A stretch of DNA of 64,000 nt from Flaccisagitta enflata. Its lineage: Eukaryota. How positions within the stretch are numbered: position 1 is the first letter of the stretch; each line of letters begins with the position of its first letter. The notes beneath the pieces are model-generated. The model was not told the DNA's origin and ran no database searches. It saw nothing but the letters and a program-made list of their open reading frames with translations. The position numbers were made by a program, and so were the translations under genes. Of the stretch, positions 1 through 42,477 are shown piece by piece. The stretch is taken from contig OZ231126.1 in the NCBI GenBank assembly GCA_965153355.1, positions 38,750,001-38,814,000 on the forward strand, given 5' to 3'.

Positions 1-180
1 TCAGTTCTAGCTTTTGTTTCTGAAATTTTTACAAGCGACACATCACCATGCAGCGGCGTAGGAGACTAAAGACTTTTGGGACTTCCGCCCTCAATTGGTG
101 TCCGACCAATTTAGTCTCACAATTAAAACCAACTTGTAATTTTTACCATATAACTATAAAAATTTGTGATTATTACAATT

Positions 181-985
181 TTTGGGCAGCGGCCCCGAAG
201 GGGACGAAGTCCTGTAGAACACAGGGGGAATCTGTCCGTCCGTCCGTACGTCCCCCCCCTCTGCCCCACCCTCAGGGCTTCGTCTCCTTTGGGGCCCAAA
301 TCCAAGCAATATGGCCAAAATCCAAGCAAAATGGCCTAAATCCAGCCAAAATGGGCCAAATCCAAGTAAAATGGGCCAAATCCAGGCAAAATGGGCCAAA
401 TCTGGCTAGAAAACCTGAATTCTGGCCTGAATTCTATTATTTTGGCCCCTAAACTTAGATTCTGGCTCCTTAAACCCACAACCTAGCTATAGACACCCAA
501 ATCCTGACCTTTGGGACCTAGATTGGAACCTCCAAGACTAAGGTTCTGGCCTCAAAGACCTAAATCCTGGCCTCAGAGGCCCAAATCCTAGCGTCAGAGA
601 CTGAAATCCTTGCCTCTGAGACCAAGAAACTAGTCTCAGAGACTAAAATTATGGTCTCAGAGACCCAGATCCTGGCCTGCCCCTCCCTCAACATAACCTA
701 CAAGCTATACAATAAGGGCAAGGATACCATTGTCCATATACTGCCTTTTGTCATTTCTCTATGGTATTCAATGAAAATTTGAATCACAGTCACAGAGCAT
801 CCTGGACAGAAGGAAGGCAGACAGAAGGACGTATGGACGGATGGAAGGACGGACAGATTCCCCCTGTGTTCTACAGGACTTCGTCCCCTTCGGGGCCGCT
901 GCCCTGCTCCCTCTCAACCTAAATCACTTTCTACTCAAGCAGGGCACGGGTACCGCTGACCACTTACTGCCTTTGGGCTGCTATT
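181..985 (+). mobile_element. Family A non-autonomous element (Helentron/HINE-like), most intact copy
   Basis: ~58-bp inverted repeats at 184-241 and 847-904 (GGGCAGCGGCCCCGAAGGGGACGAAGTCCTGTAGAACACAGGGGGAATCTGTCCGTCC), GTCC microsatellite, ~21-bp central tandem repeats, asymmetric 3' tail GCAGGGCACGGGTACCGCTGACCA...GCCTTTGGGC, T-rich flanks; about a dozen related copies in the window. Confidence 0.75.
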
Positions 986-1823
986 AAGCATATGATCATT
1001 GAATTTTTCTTTTCTTTCTTTTACTTCCCTTTTTTTCTTCTTTTTTTCCTGTTTTCCTTTCCTTCTCCTCTTTTTTTCCTTCTTCCTTTTTTTTCTCTTG
1101 GCTAATTTAGTGTCCCGACAACTTTAGTGTCCCGACAACAGGGACTTCCATGGAAGTCCCGGAAGTCCCTTCTCCTACGCCGCTGTCACCATGCATTCTT
1201 CCATACATGGCTCCCCAATGTTTCACAACAATGGAATACCATGAAGTTGCATCAATCTCGAATTATTTCTGTAAGCATGGAAGTACTACTGTTTATAAGG
1301 AGCTTAGAAAAAATTCAAGATTGGTTTACTAAGCGTACGTCTAAATATGACACACCAACTGCTTTCTAGTTGAGTTTCACTCCCACTCTTCCATTTGAGA
1401 GTAAAAACAATATTTTATTACTGACAACAAATAATTCTTGGAAATAAAAGGAAGTTAAAGTTGAAATTACAATTGATAAATGTAAAAAGAATATGTATGG
1501 AAAGAGAGGGAAAAAAGATTCAATTTATTTTATCTTACGTTTGAAAAGTGGGAAAAGAAGGAGCCTCTCAATGTTCCTCGCTGGATAGATTGAAAGAAAA
1601 TGTTGAAAATCAAACCGAAATTAGTAATCAAAGAGACATGTTAAGTAACGATTGTTTCTAATGTGATTGGAGATTTTACATCACAGCAAAAATCAATCAG
1701 TCGGCTTTCAAATTTTCGTTGTCGACACACGTTTGTACGTAGACGAGCGAGACTGTGTCTTTTCAGTTATGACAACTAAGGTACGCCACTCTTATGATAG
1801 GATGATAGTATGAATTTGTTGTA

Positions 1824-2415
1824 CTATCTAGGCGGAAAAAAATCTTTCGGTATGTTTACATGCATATCTCAGGTTAGAATCATCCAATCATCAAAAAATT
1901 TGTGAGACAATTAAAGCCCTTCAAATTTGCAAGAAATTGACGCAAACCGCATCTTTCTAGCTCAATGCGTTTAAGAGCTATTTAACTTTGACTGAAATAT
2001 TTGAGTTCCACTTTTGCTATTTCTCTTCAATCTTCTGATGATATCATTTCACTCTTTTTTTAATTACTTCCTTACACATTTAGCTAGACAGATGCGGTTT
2101 GCGTGGGCTGCTTGCAAATTTGAAGGGCTTCATTTATGTCATCTTTTTTTTGGTAATTTGATGATTCTTTTGAAAGTTGTGAATCTAAATGTTGTAAATA
2201 ATAGATTAAAAAAAATCATGAGAATTGTTTGGCAAACCTTCACTCCTGAGTACCTCGAACAGCTCCAAAAGTCACTTCCAAAACAAATGGCTGCCCTGAT
2301 TCAGTCATAGTTAGCTCACACTAATTATTGATGGATTTGTAATTGATTTGTATTCATTTTTACGCCAATGAATACGGTTTTGTAATAGGACGAAAGATTT
2401 TTTCCGCCTAGATAG
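1824..2415 (+). mobile_element. Tc1/mariner deletion derivative with transposase C-terminal remnant
   Basis: TIRs CTATCTAGGCGGAAAAAA(A)TCTTTCG / CGAAAGATTTTTTCCGCCTAGATAG, TA on both sides; ~2205-2331 reads LKKIMRIVWQTFTPEYLEQLQKSLPKQMAALIQS*LAHTNY*, matching the Tc1 transposase C-terminus pattern. Confidence 0.85.
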
Positions 2416-2484
2416 TAAATATGGTAGTTTTTTTTTCACGTCAATTCTCAAAACATATTAGTTTTTGTTATTTTCTGATAAGAA

Positions 2485-29694
<27,210 letters not shown>

Positions 29695-30124
29695 AATTGT
29701 AGTGTCAATTGATTCAACGACAGAAAGATGTGGTGGTTTTTTTCCGTTGTTATTTTTTTATCCTTAACAATGACAAAGCGTTGTCGACTGATGACATTCC
29801 TGCACGCGCACTTTGTCAAATCATTTCAGACATTTCTTTTCACGTGCGCGCGTGTATGCAGAATTATTTTTACATTAGTCATCACGATCATGACAGTTTC
29901 AACTCGTTTTTGGAATTTCAAAAATAAACAAAGAAGGAGAAGAAGATCGCAGAGGAAAGGAGGAGAAAGCAACCTACAAGAAGACGTGTCGCTTTAAGTT
30001 CTTACTACAGTGACTTTTTTTGTGAAGGTTTGAGAGCGATGATCGACTTGATCGTTTGTTTGTGTTCAATAACAAGTGGAGGCGCGACTCTGGAGGAAAT
30101 GATCATCAGATGTAGTTGTCATAG

Positions 30125-30167
<43 letters not shown>

Positions 30168-30169
30168 AG

Positions 30170-30265
<96 letters not shown>

Positions 30266-30403
30266 TGAAATGCAGTTCGCGATCCAGCCGCCAAACGTTC
30301 TGCAAAAAAATAAGAAATAAATAGAGATAATCAAAACTACAATCTACAGGCTTGTTGCTAAGTAGGGAAAGCTATGGTTGCGCTTTCATGAGTTATGGCG
30401 AAT

Positions 30404-30465
<62 letters not shown>

Positions 30466-31554
30466 CCCGTTACTGTTATTAGCCTAAAAAGTATGTGATG
30501 ACTGAATTGATTTTCATACATAACCTTTAAAATAACTTCTATTAACTTCAAAATGGCAATTATAAAACAAATCGACGGACGAGCGAAGCGGCCAACACAC
30601 CGATTGGGCAACCATGACTCCGTAAATCTACCGACTGCTTACGATTTAGGGTTTTTCGTGAGGATAGAAATGATTTTATACGTGTTGTTCAATGCGTTTG
30701 CGAGGAAGGAAAACAAGGATCACCGCAAATTCCGATTTACTGACATCCACACAAAAAGTCAAATACACACCGTTTAACACACACACTGACTATTAGTATT
30801 ACAATCCGTCAAACACAAGAAAAAAGGTTTTTGTTTGAAGATTTCTTTCAATCTGATAAGAAGGAATTTTTGAGGCTCCAAAGCCAATTCAAAGATCGAT
30901 TCGCAAAATAATTTCAAAGGCGATTTTTCGCTTTCTTCAATAATCCCCAAGGCATTTAATTCAAAGCGTTCCGGTTGTATTATTCCTCTTCTTACACAAG
31001 ATGCGTATTATTCTTTCTTTCAATTATCACCATCAGAGAGCAAATCTTGGCGCAGAAGAGAGAATGAGAAAGAAGAATCATTCTCGTTTAATTGATGCTA
31101 AACGACTCCAGGACGCCCCAACCAGATGGGTTTTTTTTCTGGGCAGCGGCCCCTCGGGGGACCGACGCGATGACCTTTGATCACCTATGTTGTTTTATCT
31201 TTTTTTCTGGATATGCAATTTTTCACTTCAAAGTCTTTATCCTCAAGGCTCAAATCAAATTTTAGCCTCTTAGCCCAAATCTGAGGCTTATCGCTCAAAT
31301 CTTGTCCACAAAGACACAATTTGAGCCTTAAGTTTATCACAAATACAGCGTTGACATTAAAATCTCAATATTGAGGCTGGCACAGTGCGCCAGATTCGGC
31401 TATCGTATATATATACCAACCTGTAAGCCTAGAGATTATTGTAAACGTCTAGGTCATTGGCCTCTTAGGCACCGTTGAACATTAGCCACTTTTGTACCTC
31501 TCTTATCTATCTGGAATTGGCTGCATCCCAATTGACAACACAGATATCCCATGT

Positions 31555-31885
31555 ATTTCGGGCGAGGTCAGAGACATGAGTTTATGTGTTTTAACGCCGT
31601 CACGAAAAAAATCATGATTTGGAAAAAAGTCGAAGAATACCTTCGGCTTTTTGAGACCTACGGCGGAAATCGATTTTCCCTTTCTTTTATGGGGAGTTTG
31701 AGGAAGTTGATGTGCTTTTCGGGCGGAATGACACTACGCATGAAATTAATAGCTAAGAAAGAGCTAAATCTCCTCTTTCAGATGACGCCAAGCAGAATTC
31801 TGTGCGATCAATAGTTTTGGAGCTATGATTTTCTGAATCTTTTTTTTATTTTTTCGCATTTTTCACATTTTTCCCAAAAATGAGG
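31555..31885. mobile_element. Diverged interspersed repeat, related copy ~47700-47990
   Basis: Shared GGAAAAAARTCGAA...TTCGRYTTTTTGAG and GATCAATA..TTT.GG.GCTATGA.TTT motifs. Confidence 0.5.
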
Positions 31886-32118
31886 AATTAAGGTATTCAA
31901 GTCTTTGTAAACTTCAAATTATCCCAGATGATGATTGTGCATGCTGGCAGCAAAGTCTCTCACTCATTTAGTCGTAGAATCTATAAGAGGCTTTGTCCAT
32001 CCGTTTGTCAGTCCATCCGTTGGTCTGTTGGTCCATCAGTCTATCCATGGTGATCAAGTCAAAACTGGAAAAACAAGCATTCTTTCTCTGTCTCTCTCTC
32101 TCTCTCTCTGTCTCATTC

Positions 32119-32200
<82 letters not shown>

Positions 32201-32301
32201 AGCATTTACGACTTTTTTCCTACGGCGATTAGCCGCCTTTATTGGTAATGAGAATGAAGACGAAAAATGGGCTCGGCTCGTCACTTATGCACCATGGGAG
32301 A

Positions 32302-33772
<1,471 letters not shown>

Positions 33773-34043
33773 AGTCCATACCGATACTAAATCAATATAA
33801 CTACCTAAGAGGTATGTCATTTTATTCACCCATGTTGACATTTTCTGAAGTCAAATAGTTGATGATGTGGATGTTTTGTTGAATTCGAAACAGAATGTAC
33901 ACGTACACGTACACGTACGTTAAACACAAGATAGTTTACACAAGGAACAAGTCACAAATGGTTTTTAGTCGCTTTCTAAGCGACTCGAACACCTGAACAC
34001 ATATTTTTGTCAAAGCATAGCAAGCATTAAAAGCATACTTCTA

Positions 34044-34640
34044 ACAGGGTGTGCAAAATTATCCGCACTCAGCAGTTATTTTTTTTAGGACCCTGTAGAA
34101 AAAAATGATTTTTGAAAGCATAAGGGGTAGATATGAAAGAATATCCTTCTTAACATTCAAAACCAAAATTCACAAAGTATAAAAAGTCAGAAATTAAACT
34201 GTTTAGGTATATTTAATTCAGATAAACACTCCTTTAAAAAATTCATTGAAAATAAAACTGAAATTCTGTTGTTAGTTTTTCTTGCCTTTTAGGCCTGATT
34301 TATTTGCTTTTTTGACCTCCACTGATGTTGATTTAACTTACCTCCCTCAGCATAGTGTGTGTCAAGCTAGGAAAATCATTATAGAGTAGTTACAAATACA
34401 AGAATCTATGATTTTGTTATTTATTTTGCTTATGAAATAAAATCCTGTCAAAATCAAAATCTCTGCTTCCAATCATTTACCTCCCATAGTGACAAGGGAT
34501 TTAGAAAAAAAACCTACAATCAATTTTGGCTTCTAGTATGACTAGCTGGAGTACTCTGGCTTAAATTTCATATTGCTGGGTCACTTCTAAGTATGGTTTT
34601 CTTTCAATGGAGCAAGTGCGGATAATTTTGCACCCCCTGT
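34044..34640. mobile_element. Tc1/mariner-type MITE
   Basis: TIR ACAGGGTGTGCAAAATTATCCGCACT / AGTGCGGATAATTTTGCACCCCCTGT flanked by TA. Confidence 0.85.
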
Positions 34641-35431
34641 TAGTCTGCCTTGTGTGTTGAAACTTTGACCGTTTTGTAGTTGGCTGAGGGTAATAGTTAA
34701 AAATTTCATCTTACTAGGCCAACCTGACGAGACGTATCTTTTTTATCTTATTTTTGTTGTGTGTGATGCTATGCTATGACAATAACCTGTGTGCAGCACA
34801 TGTACCACAGTTGTGTGTCCGTGGGTCCGTAGGTTCGCAACCCCCGTCCTTTCTCTGACCATCCTGACCACCCGCATTACTGCCCCTGCCCACCCACATG
34901 CAACTGCAGTTGAACCCCGCAATAACGGATGTCAAGGGACCAACAAATTACACGCGTTACAGGCGGATTTCTGTTATTGCCAATATAGAAAATACCAGAA
35001 AATAATTTGAAGAGATTAAAGTTTCATAGCTATTATTACTAGATTTCCATTACTCTTGGGTCCATTATAGAGGGATGGAATTGTACTTATTGATACGGTA
35101 TCCGGCCATTTTTGAGAGAATATTGAAATATTTCCCACTAAATAACGCTCTAAGAATAGCCTAAAGGACATCTTTGTCTCAAGGGTCTTAAGCCTACACG
35201 AAAAATGACAAAAACCCTGGTGAATATTAAATCCCAAAGTGCCGACCATAGGCGTAGGCCGAGAGAAGACGGATTACATTTTCAAAAAAGTGAAACAATT
35301 GTCGCTGTTTGGGCCTCAAAAGCGTCAAATTAAATGACTTCAGGAGGATGAAGTTTCAGGGGAAAATTTGGGTCATAGATCGAAAACTAGCGAAAATATG
35401 ATCGGTGATGATGCGCGGGGTAATAAACAAA

Positions 35432-35529
<98 letters not shown>

Positions 35530-37279
35530 TGACTGATAAAAAGAGGGATTTTAACTATGCAGCGTATTTATCTTTATACCTTACAGCAAGGTCCTTGCTC
35601 CGATATTTTGAAAGAACAAAGCATTTCCCCAAACCACATTTGCATTAAGCAAATCAAACGACTTTACATGAGTCCCGCCGTGAAATAATAACAAGGCCGG
35701 ATACACGGTAGCCCAAGTCGGGTGCGGATGGGCAGGGGCAGTGATAAACAACGTTAACCTAGCATTTGGGTAGGAGTAGTAATGCAAAAACCGCCCATAA
35801 ACGCTGAAAAAGCTCAGTGTTTCGGACCGACGGATCGACTGACCGACCGGCGGACCAAACCACTTAACAATTGACAAGCCGACAGACAGACTGACCAAGG
35901 AGCATTCATTCCTCGAGCTCGAGTTAGCAGCCCAAGTCAAGGAGGAAAAAAATGCGACATAGATTAGAGAGGTAAACCAAGAAATAGTTTTTATTTAAAA
36001 TCGATGCATTCCATCATAATCAGAAAGAAAATTGTTTTAGCTTTCATTTGATATATCACATGATAGGATTCGAGCTATTTGTGCATTAGAATGAATGTCT
36101 CTTTATGAATACGTTTGTTGACCTGGCTGTCGCATTTTCAACTGATCGGTAACATTCTTCACTCAAAAAGAATCGAATTCAGGAAAGTAAAACCAGCGCT
36201 TCTTTTTAGATGCGTCCTCGCATCTCTATAAGAGGGTTTGTCCGTCCGTCCGTCGGTCCGTCGGTCGGTCCGTCCGTCCGTCGGTCCGTCCGTTACGCCT
36301 GTGCAAAAACCGCGTTTCTCGGCTGTTTTTGGCCACGGTGAGATCCTACACTGAAACAAATGCTCAACCAGCATGTTTTGAGAGCCTCCTCTATTACTCA
36401 ATCATTTCACCCGTCTGTTCGTCCATCTGTCTCTCCGTATATGTCACATGATCAATACACGCAGAGACACAGTCCGGACGCATCTTTGCCCGGTCGGGCT
36501 TGTTATTTCTGCATAAAAACATATGCTGTTTCTTTTGTTCCTAGCGTCTTAGGGCGTCATCGCACACAGTGAAACAGAAATGAAAAGAAATTTGAATTCA
36601 GCACGCTTTAGAGATATTCCGATATGTTGACGTGAACTCATGGCGGCTCAGTTTGGCCACAGTAACCCATTGTAGCGAACTTAGTCAAAATTAAGGTTTT
36701 CTACACTGTCAATTTTTTTTCAAAAGTATTATGCCATGATGATAGCAACAATTGACAAAATAAAACTATGCCATTGTACTATTTGACTTTGAATAAGTCT
36801 TGGGCCCCCTAGTAAGCTGGTAATCATACAGTATTATGACATTGTGTTTTTGCTGGCGTCTTCGAAAAGTTGCGTCATGGTTGCTTCCCTACATAGACAA
36901 AGTTCGATGACAGAAAAGGGACGTAAAAATATAAACAAATAACAAACTGCAGCCAAACCGCCGATCTTTGTGGCAAAAACCGGAAACAGACAAAATTCAC
37001 GAAGCGAAACGGGCTCGTGGAAGAGTCGGTGGAGCGTCACGGGGAGATTGCTGTCGCGGAAAGATAAGTAAGGCGTGTCACGCGATGATAACCGTCGCGA
37101 ACAAACGTCGCCCTTTATTTTTTGACGTCACGGAGAAAGGGAAACAATTTTACGGAGAATGTCGGCTGTGATAAAGGGCTTGAGCTTTTTTTTCTCGAAA
37201 TTCTGATCGTTTATTTACTGCCAATGTATTAGTTTCGAAAGGGGTCTAAAACATTTTCCATGCAAATCTTTGGCGTATA

Positions 37280-37585
37280 CCGAATTTCCGGTAATTAGCG
37301 CCCCGGGCGCTTCTGAAATTGAAATGAAACATTGTCATTTTCAATCTCTAATTAGCGCACCTCATTTACTTACTTGATTTAATGTAAAATTTACTGTTTT
37401 TGACAAGTATTCTGTAATTCAGTGCATTAAATCACTAAAACTGAAAATACTTTTTCATTGCATACTGTTCTTATGTATTTCTTCCAAAGAAAAATTTAAT
37501 TTACAATAAACTCTCATGAGCTCCCTCTTTCTTGAAAAGGGGCGCTTATTAGACAGGGGGGGGGCAATAAATGCGGGAAATGTGG
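37280..37585. mobile_element. pogo/Tigger-like MITE
   Basis: TA|CCGAATTTCC...GGAAATGTGG|TA with subterminal TAATTAGCGCCCC / GGGGCGCTTATTA. Confidence 0.7.
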
Positions 37586-37791
37586 TACTTCATGAGCAAG
37601 TGACCACCAAAATTTGGCCTAAAATCGATGTGAGGACAAACGCTAGCTTTCAACGAGCAGCATCTTCATAAGCTATAACTTTTTCAATACACGAATTTAT
37701 TTCGGGCAAAGTTGCAAACGCTCGTGGTCAATACAATGGTCATACTGATAAGAGAGGAGTCGGTTTCGTCTCTGCCCCCTTTTAAATGACA

Positions 37792-37869
<78 letters not shown>

Positions 37870-39953
37870 GAGGCGCAATTTCGGTACAATATTCAGCACA
37901 TTGTTCAAGTTTTTTCTTTTCACTTTTCAATTCAAGTCATGATTGGCTTCTACATCGTTGGATTTTTCAAAATTGTAACAAAAAAGATATTCACAATTTC
38001 AAACAATTTTTTCTATCTTTTCTGGGACGAGATGAAAAGATGAAATGATATTTTCTCTGCAAAAATGTGGTTTTTTTTCTCTCGATTTTCGGACGTGGAC
38101 TCGGCCGTCGATGTCGAAGTCTGTTCTGCCGCGTTCCCGATCTCGTCTGCCCGTTCGCACTATGGACTAATCTTGGAATGGAAGGCTCGACTATCAGAAA
38201 AATCCCTACCGTAGGGGCCCTATGTAATTGTAAATAACATGTTAAGTCTATTTTATTTTGAATTTATATATTTTTTTCAGTCGCGGGCACATGACTTTAG
38301 AACTTGCCATGTTGGTCGGCTGGTTGGTTCGTTGGTTTGTCGGTTCATCCTTTGGTCTGTCTATAATGTTTTTAAAGTATGAATGGTTTTTGCTATACTG
38401 GCTCTTCCCACCTATCCGCGACTAAGGGGGAGTGTACCCAACCTCATTTTTGTAAGTGCATTCTGAAATAGAATTTACAAAACTATTTAACTACTTTTTG
38501 GTTATTAATGAACATGTCTTGTTTTGTTTGTGTTTTGCAGTGCTGACCCAGCCCAAGTTCATGTAGGATAAACAAATATTATCACAATAATCGAATTATT
38601 TTTGTTTAATTACTTTTATAATTAATTTTGCTAAATCATTTATGATGAATATGAAAGACATCATGAAGCCATAGTGCGTGCGGGCCATCGACCAACCGTG
38701 AAACTTGTCGAAAACTTTCAAAGTCGTTATTTATCAAACGCGCGGTCATCATGAGTCGGCCGTGTTAACGTCTCTCTATGAGAAGGCCGCTTTATTATGT
38801 ACAAGGTTCAATCGGTCGGTCGGTCGGCTATGAGGATGAGCCAAATAAAAAAAGATATGAGCCGGATGGAGAAATTTCATTGACGTCATCAACAAGAAGG
38901 TCACAGAAGCGTGATCAACAACAACGTTGAAAGACCAGATAAGGACATGAAAGAGTTGGATAACTAACCGACCAAGACAGACAACAACAACAAGGACAAC
39001 AACAACAAGGACAACAACAACAACAACAACAACACCAACACCAACACCAACACCAACACCAACACCAACACCAACGACAATGACAATGACAATGACAATG
39101 ACAACGACAGCGACAACGACAACGACAACAACAACAACAACAAAAAGTCTGTCGCCGTGAGGAAAAAAGTCGTAAGCATTGGTCACTTTTCACCAAGCTT
39201 TTGTTTTCAGTCACTGCAAATCTTTCTACTTGTTAGATCAAATCAAAAGCACTTGCATGTATTGGTTGCACTGTTAATCCGAGAAATATAGGACTGAGCC
39301 AAATGAGCTAGATGAGCTAAAATGCTAAAAATCACTCAACCACACAACCAGCTATGCTCACTGACATGCTTTCTTGTATTTGCATTTATGTATTTATCCC
39401 ATTAAAGATCAGAAATACATAAAAACACCCTCCAAAATAAGCAACTGAGCTCACTGACATGCTTTTTTGTATCTGCTTGCTTAAACATGTAACAAAATAT
39501 TTATTCATTTATTGAATTTGAAATCAGAAAAAAAGACGGAGCAAAATGAGCTAAATGAGCTAAATGAGCTAGACTGCTCAAAAACACCCTAAGAGATGAG
39601 CAGCTATGCTCATAAATATGTTTTCTTGTATTTGCATGCTCAAACAAACATAAATACACTTTTTTATTGATCCTACTTAAAATCATAAAAAATAAAAAAA
39701 ATTTAATTTGCAATTTTCGTAAATAAATCTTTAAAAAATCATAGCGCGAAAAATATTTGTCGTAGAGCATTCTGCTTGGCGCAAAATGAAAGAGAATTAT
39801 CAAATTTACTTACCCAATCAATTTCGTTTGAGGGACCAATCAGCCGGAAGAGATGCACAACTTTCCCATAAGAAAGTGAAAACCCTTTTTCTCTCGAATA
39901 TGTCAAAAAGTCGAAGACTGACTTCGACTTTTTTCCCGATCACGACGATGCTG

Positions 39954-40056
<103 letters not shown>

Positions 40057-42337
40057 GTCTACCGCGACGTGCCGATGGCGACAGAAACAGATGTGACAAC
40101 GGCACAACCTCCAAGCTCCATAAGATGTTGATTGTTGAAAGAAGAACCTCAATCGTGGAATTTTCAGGACAATTATACGACTATCATGGTCACTAAGCTA
40201 TGTCTATGTCACTATGTGTCTATGTCTAAGCTGTGGCACATACTGATGAATTCAGTTTGAACGACACATGCCTAGACCTACACAACTCGCTGGTGAAAGA
40301 TCATTATTTTGGCCATTTATATTGAAATCAATCAATTTCCTGAAATGACAGCTGAGATGAGGGGAAAATGAAGCCAAAAAAACTCTAATGATTCTTGAGT
40401 GCAGAAAAAAAAATCCCGTATTTTGGAAAATATGAATAATGAGACTTAACTTTAAGACAGCCATAACACAAATGATTTTGACAAGAAAATATCATGAAAA
40501 AGAACATAGCATTTGGGTTACACATAAGTTCTTTTTACTACAAAAAACATGAATTTTCATCCTATATGGCAAGGACATCATCAGCTGCTGATCGTACGTG
40601 TATCCCAAATGCAATGTTATTCTTCATCACTATGCAGCATATGAGCGATGTCACTAAACGAAGAAAATATCAGTTAATATGCGTTAATAAGCATCAGTTA
40701 ATATGCATTAATAAGCATCAACATAAAAAAAATTGATAGTACACTCCTTATTGAAGACAATTTCACATGACTGATTCACCAGGAATCACGTCATATGACC
40801 GTCTAAACCACCCACTATTCATGATTTATTACCCTACGACGGAGAGACAGATTTCCCATTTTCTGAATACGATCTTTTTGGTTTAATTGGACGAAACGCA
40901 ATTCATCGTTGATCTGATCTCTTTTCAGAGAAATAGAGAGAACAAGCCCGACCGGACAAAGATGCGTCCTGACTGTGTCCTTGCGCGCATTGACTTTGGC
41001 GATAGACATGTCAGATATATGGAAGGACACACAGAAGGACGGACAGACAGATAAAACGACCTCAGTGCATACCAAAGAGTGTTTGATTTGATTAAGTGCC
41101 GAAAACTCCGAATTTCAAGAAAGCGTAACGGACATACGGACGGACGCTTGGACGGACCGACCGACGGACAGACCCTCTTATAGAGATGCGTTCCTGACGG
41201 ACGCATCTAAAAAGGACTGAGCGTGGAGTAAACATCCTCAGTCGACGAAATGAATCCGATCGTGGTAGAGATAGAAGTATATTAACACATAAAATGATAA
41301 AAATATATCGTATATCGTTGATAACCATTTCTCAATGGCGAAGAAAAAGAAGAGCGAGAATAAAAGAGAGGAAATATGTATTTGATGTTTGTGTTATGTG
41401 TCAAAAATGTTTTTTTAACTAAAAAGTGATAGTAACAATTCGGCCACTCCGTGAATCGTGGAAATAGTGATATTAAAACAAAAGCGTCAATGTTTTATAT
41501 CACTCTCTCTGTTTTATAATTCAGTTGATGTCGTTTGCGCATAGGAAGCTATGTCGGCGGGTCCATCTGTTTGTCGGTCTGTACAAGTTACTCCTTAAAT
41601 AAGCATTGTTCATCAATTACGCTTGCCGACCTCACCACGAAGGCAACATAACCCCGTCCTCCGTAATCGCTGGTACGCAACTCCTAAGAATATCTAAGGT
41701 ACACGCGGTACAGTCTGTCGATCCGTTCATCCGCCCGTCATATATTTACGGTTTTTTTTTTTGGGGGGGGGGAGAGTAACTTCAATCGATTCAATTGAAA
41801 GGGTATTTTCCTTATCCACACTCCTGGCTTAATATCCGTGTGGCGGCGCCCCACATCTGACATCACTGCCCCTGCCCACCCGTAGACGACTAGGGCAGCC
41901 GAATATCCGCCCTTATTATGAAGACATATTGCATTCATTCAGCCATTTTTTAAAAAGGCTTTCGTCATTTTTTCATGCGTCGCGTCAAATAGTCATACGG
42001 TCGAGCGCGAATGTTCATTTCTAGATTTTTTGGGGGGCCTCAACTTTGGCCGAGTTCATTTTAGTTGAGATCATTGCAACACTTGTCTTCAACGACTTTT
42101 TGTTGTTCGAGTCGAATAAATCTTTCCAGTTTTCCCCTGTTTGACCGTCATTATTAACCCTATCCCGCTCTCATCTTATTGATAACGATCTATTTATTAC
42201 CTTGTGTTTCGTAAAAGAGTGTGACTAGGCAAGTAAGACGAGTATGACAAGTATGACTAGTATTTTAGTAGAGCATAGGAATGTCTTGGTTTACCCTGAA
42301 TGCCAGTTTCGCGAACCCATGTGAGAGGGAGTTTGAG

Positions 42338-42477
<140 letters not shown>

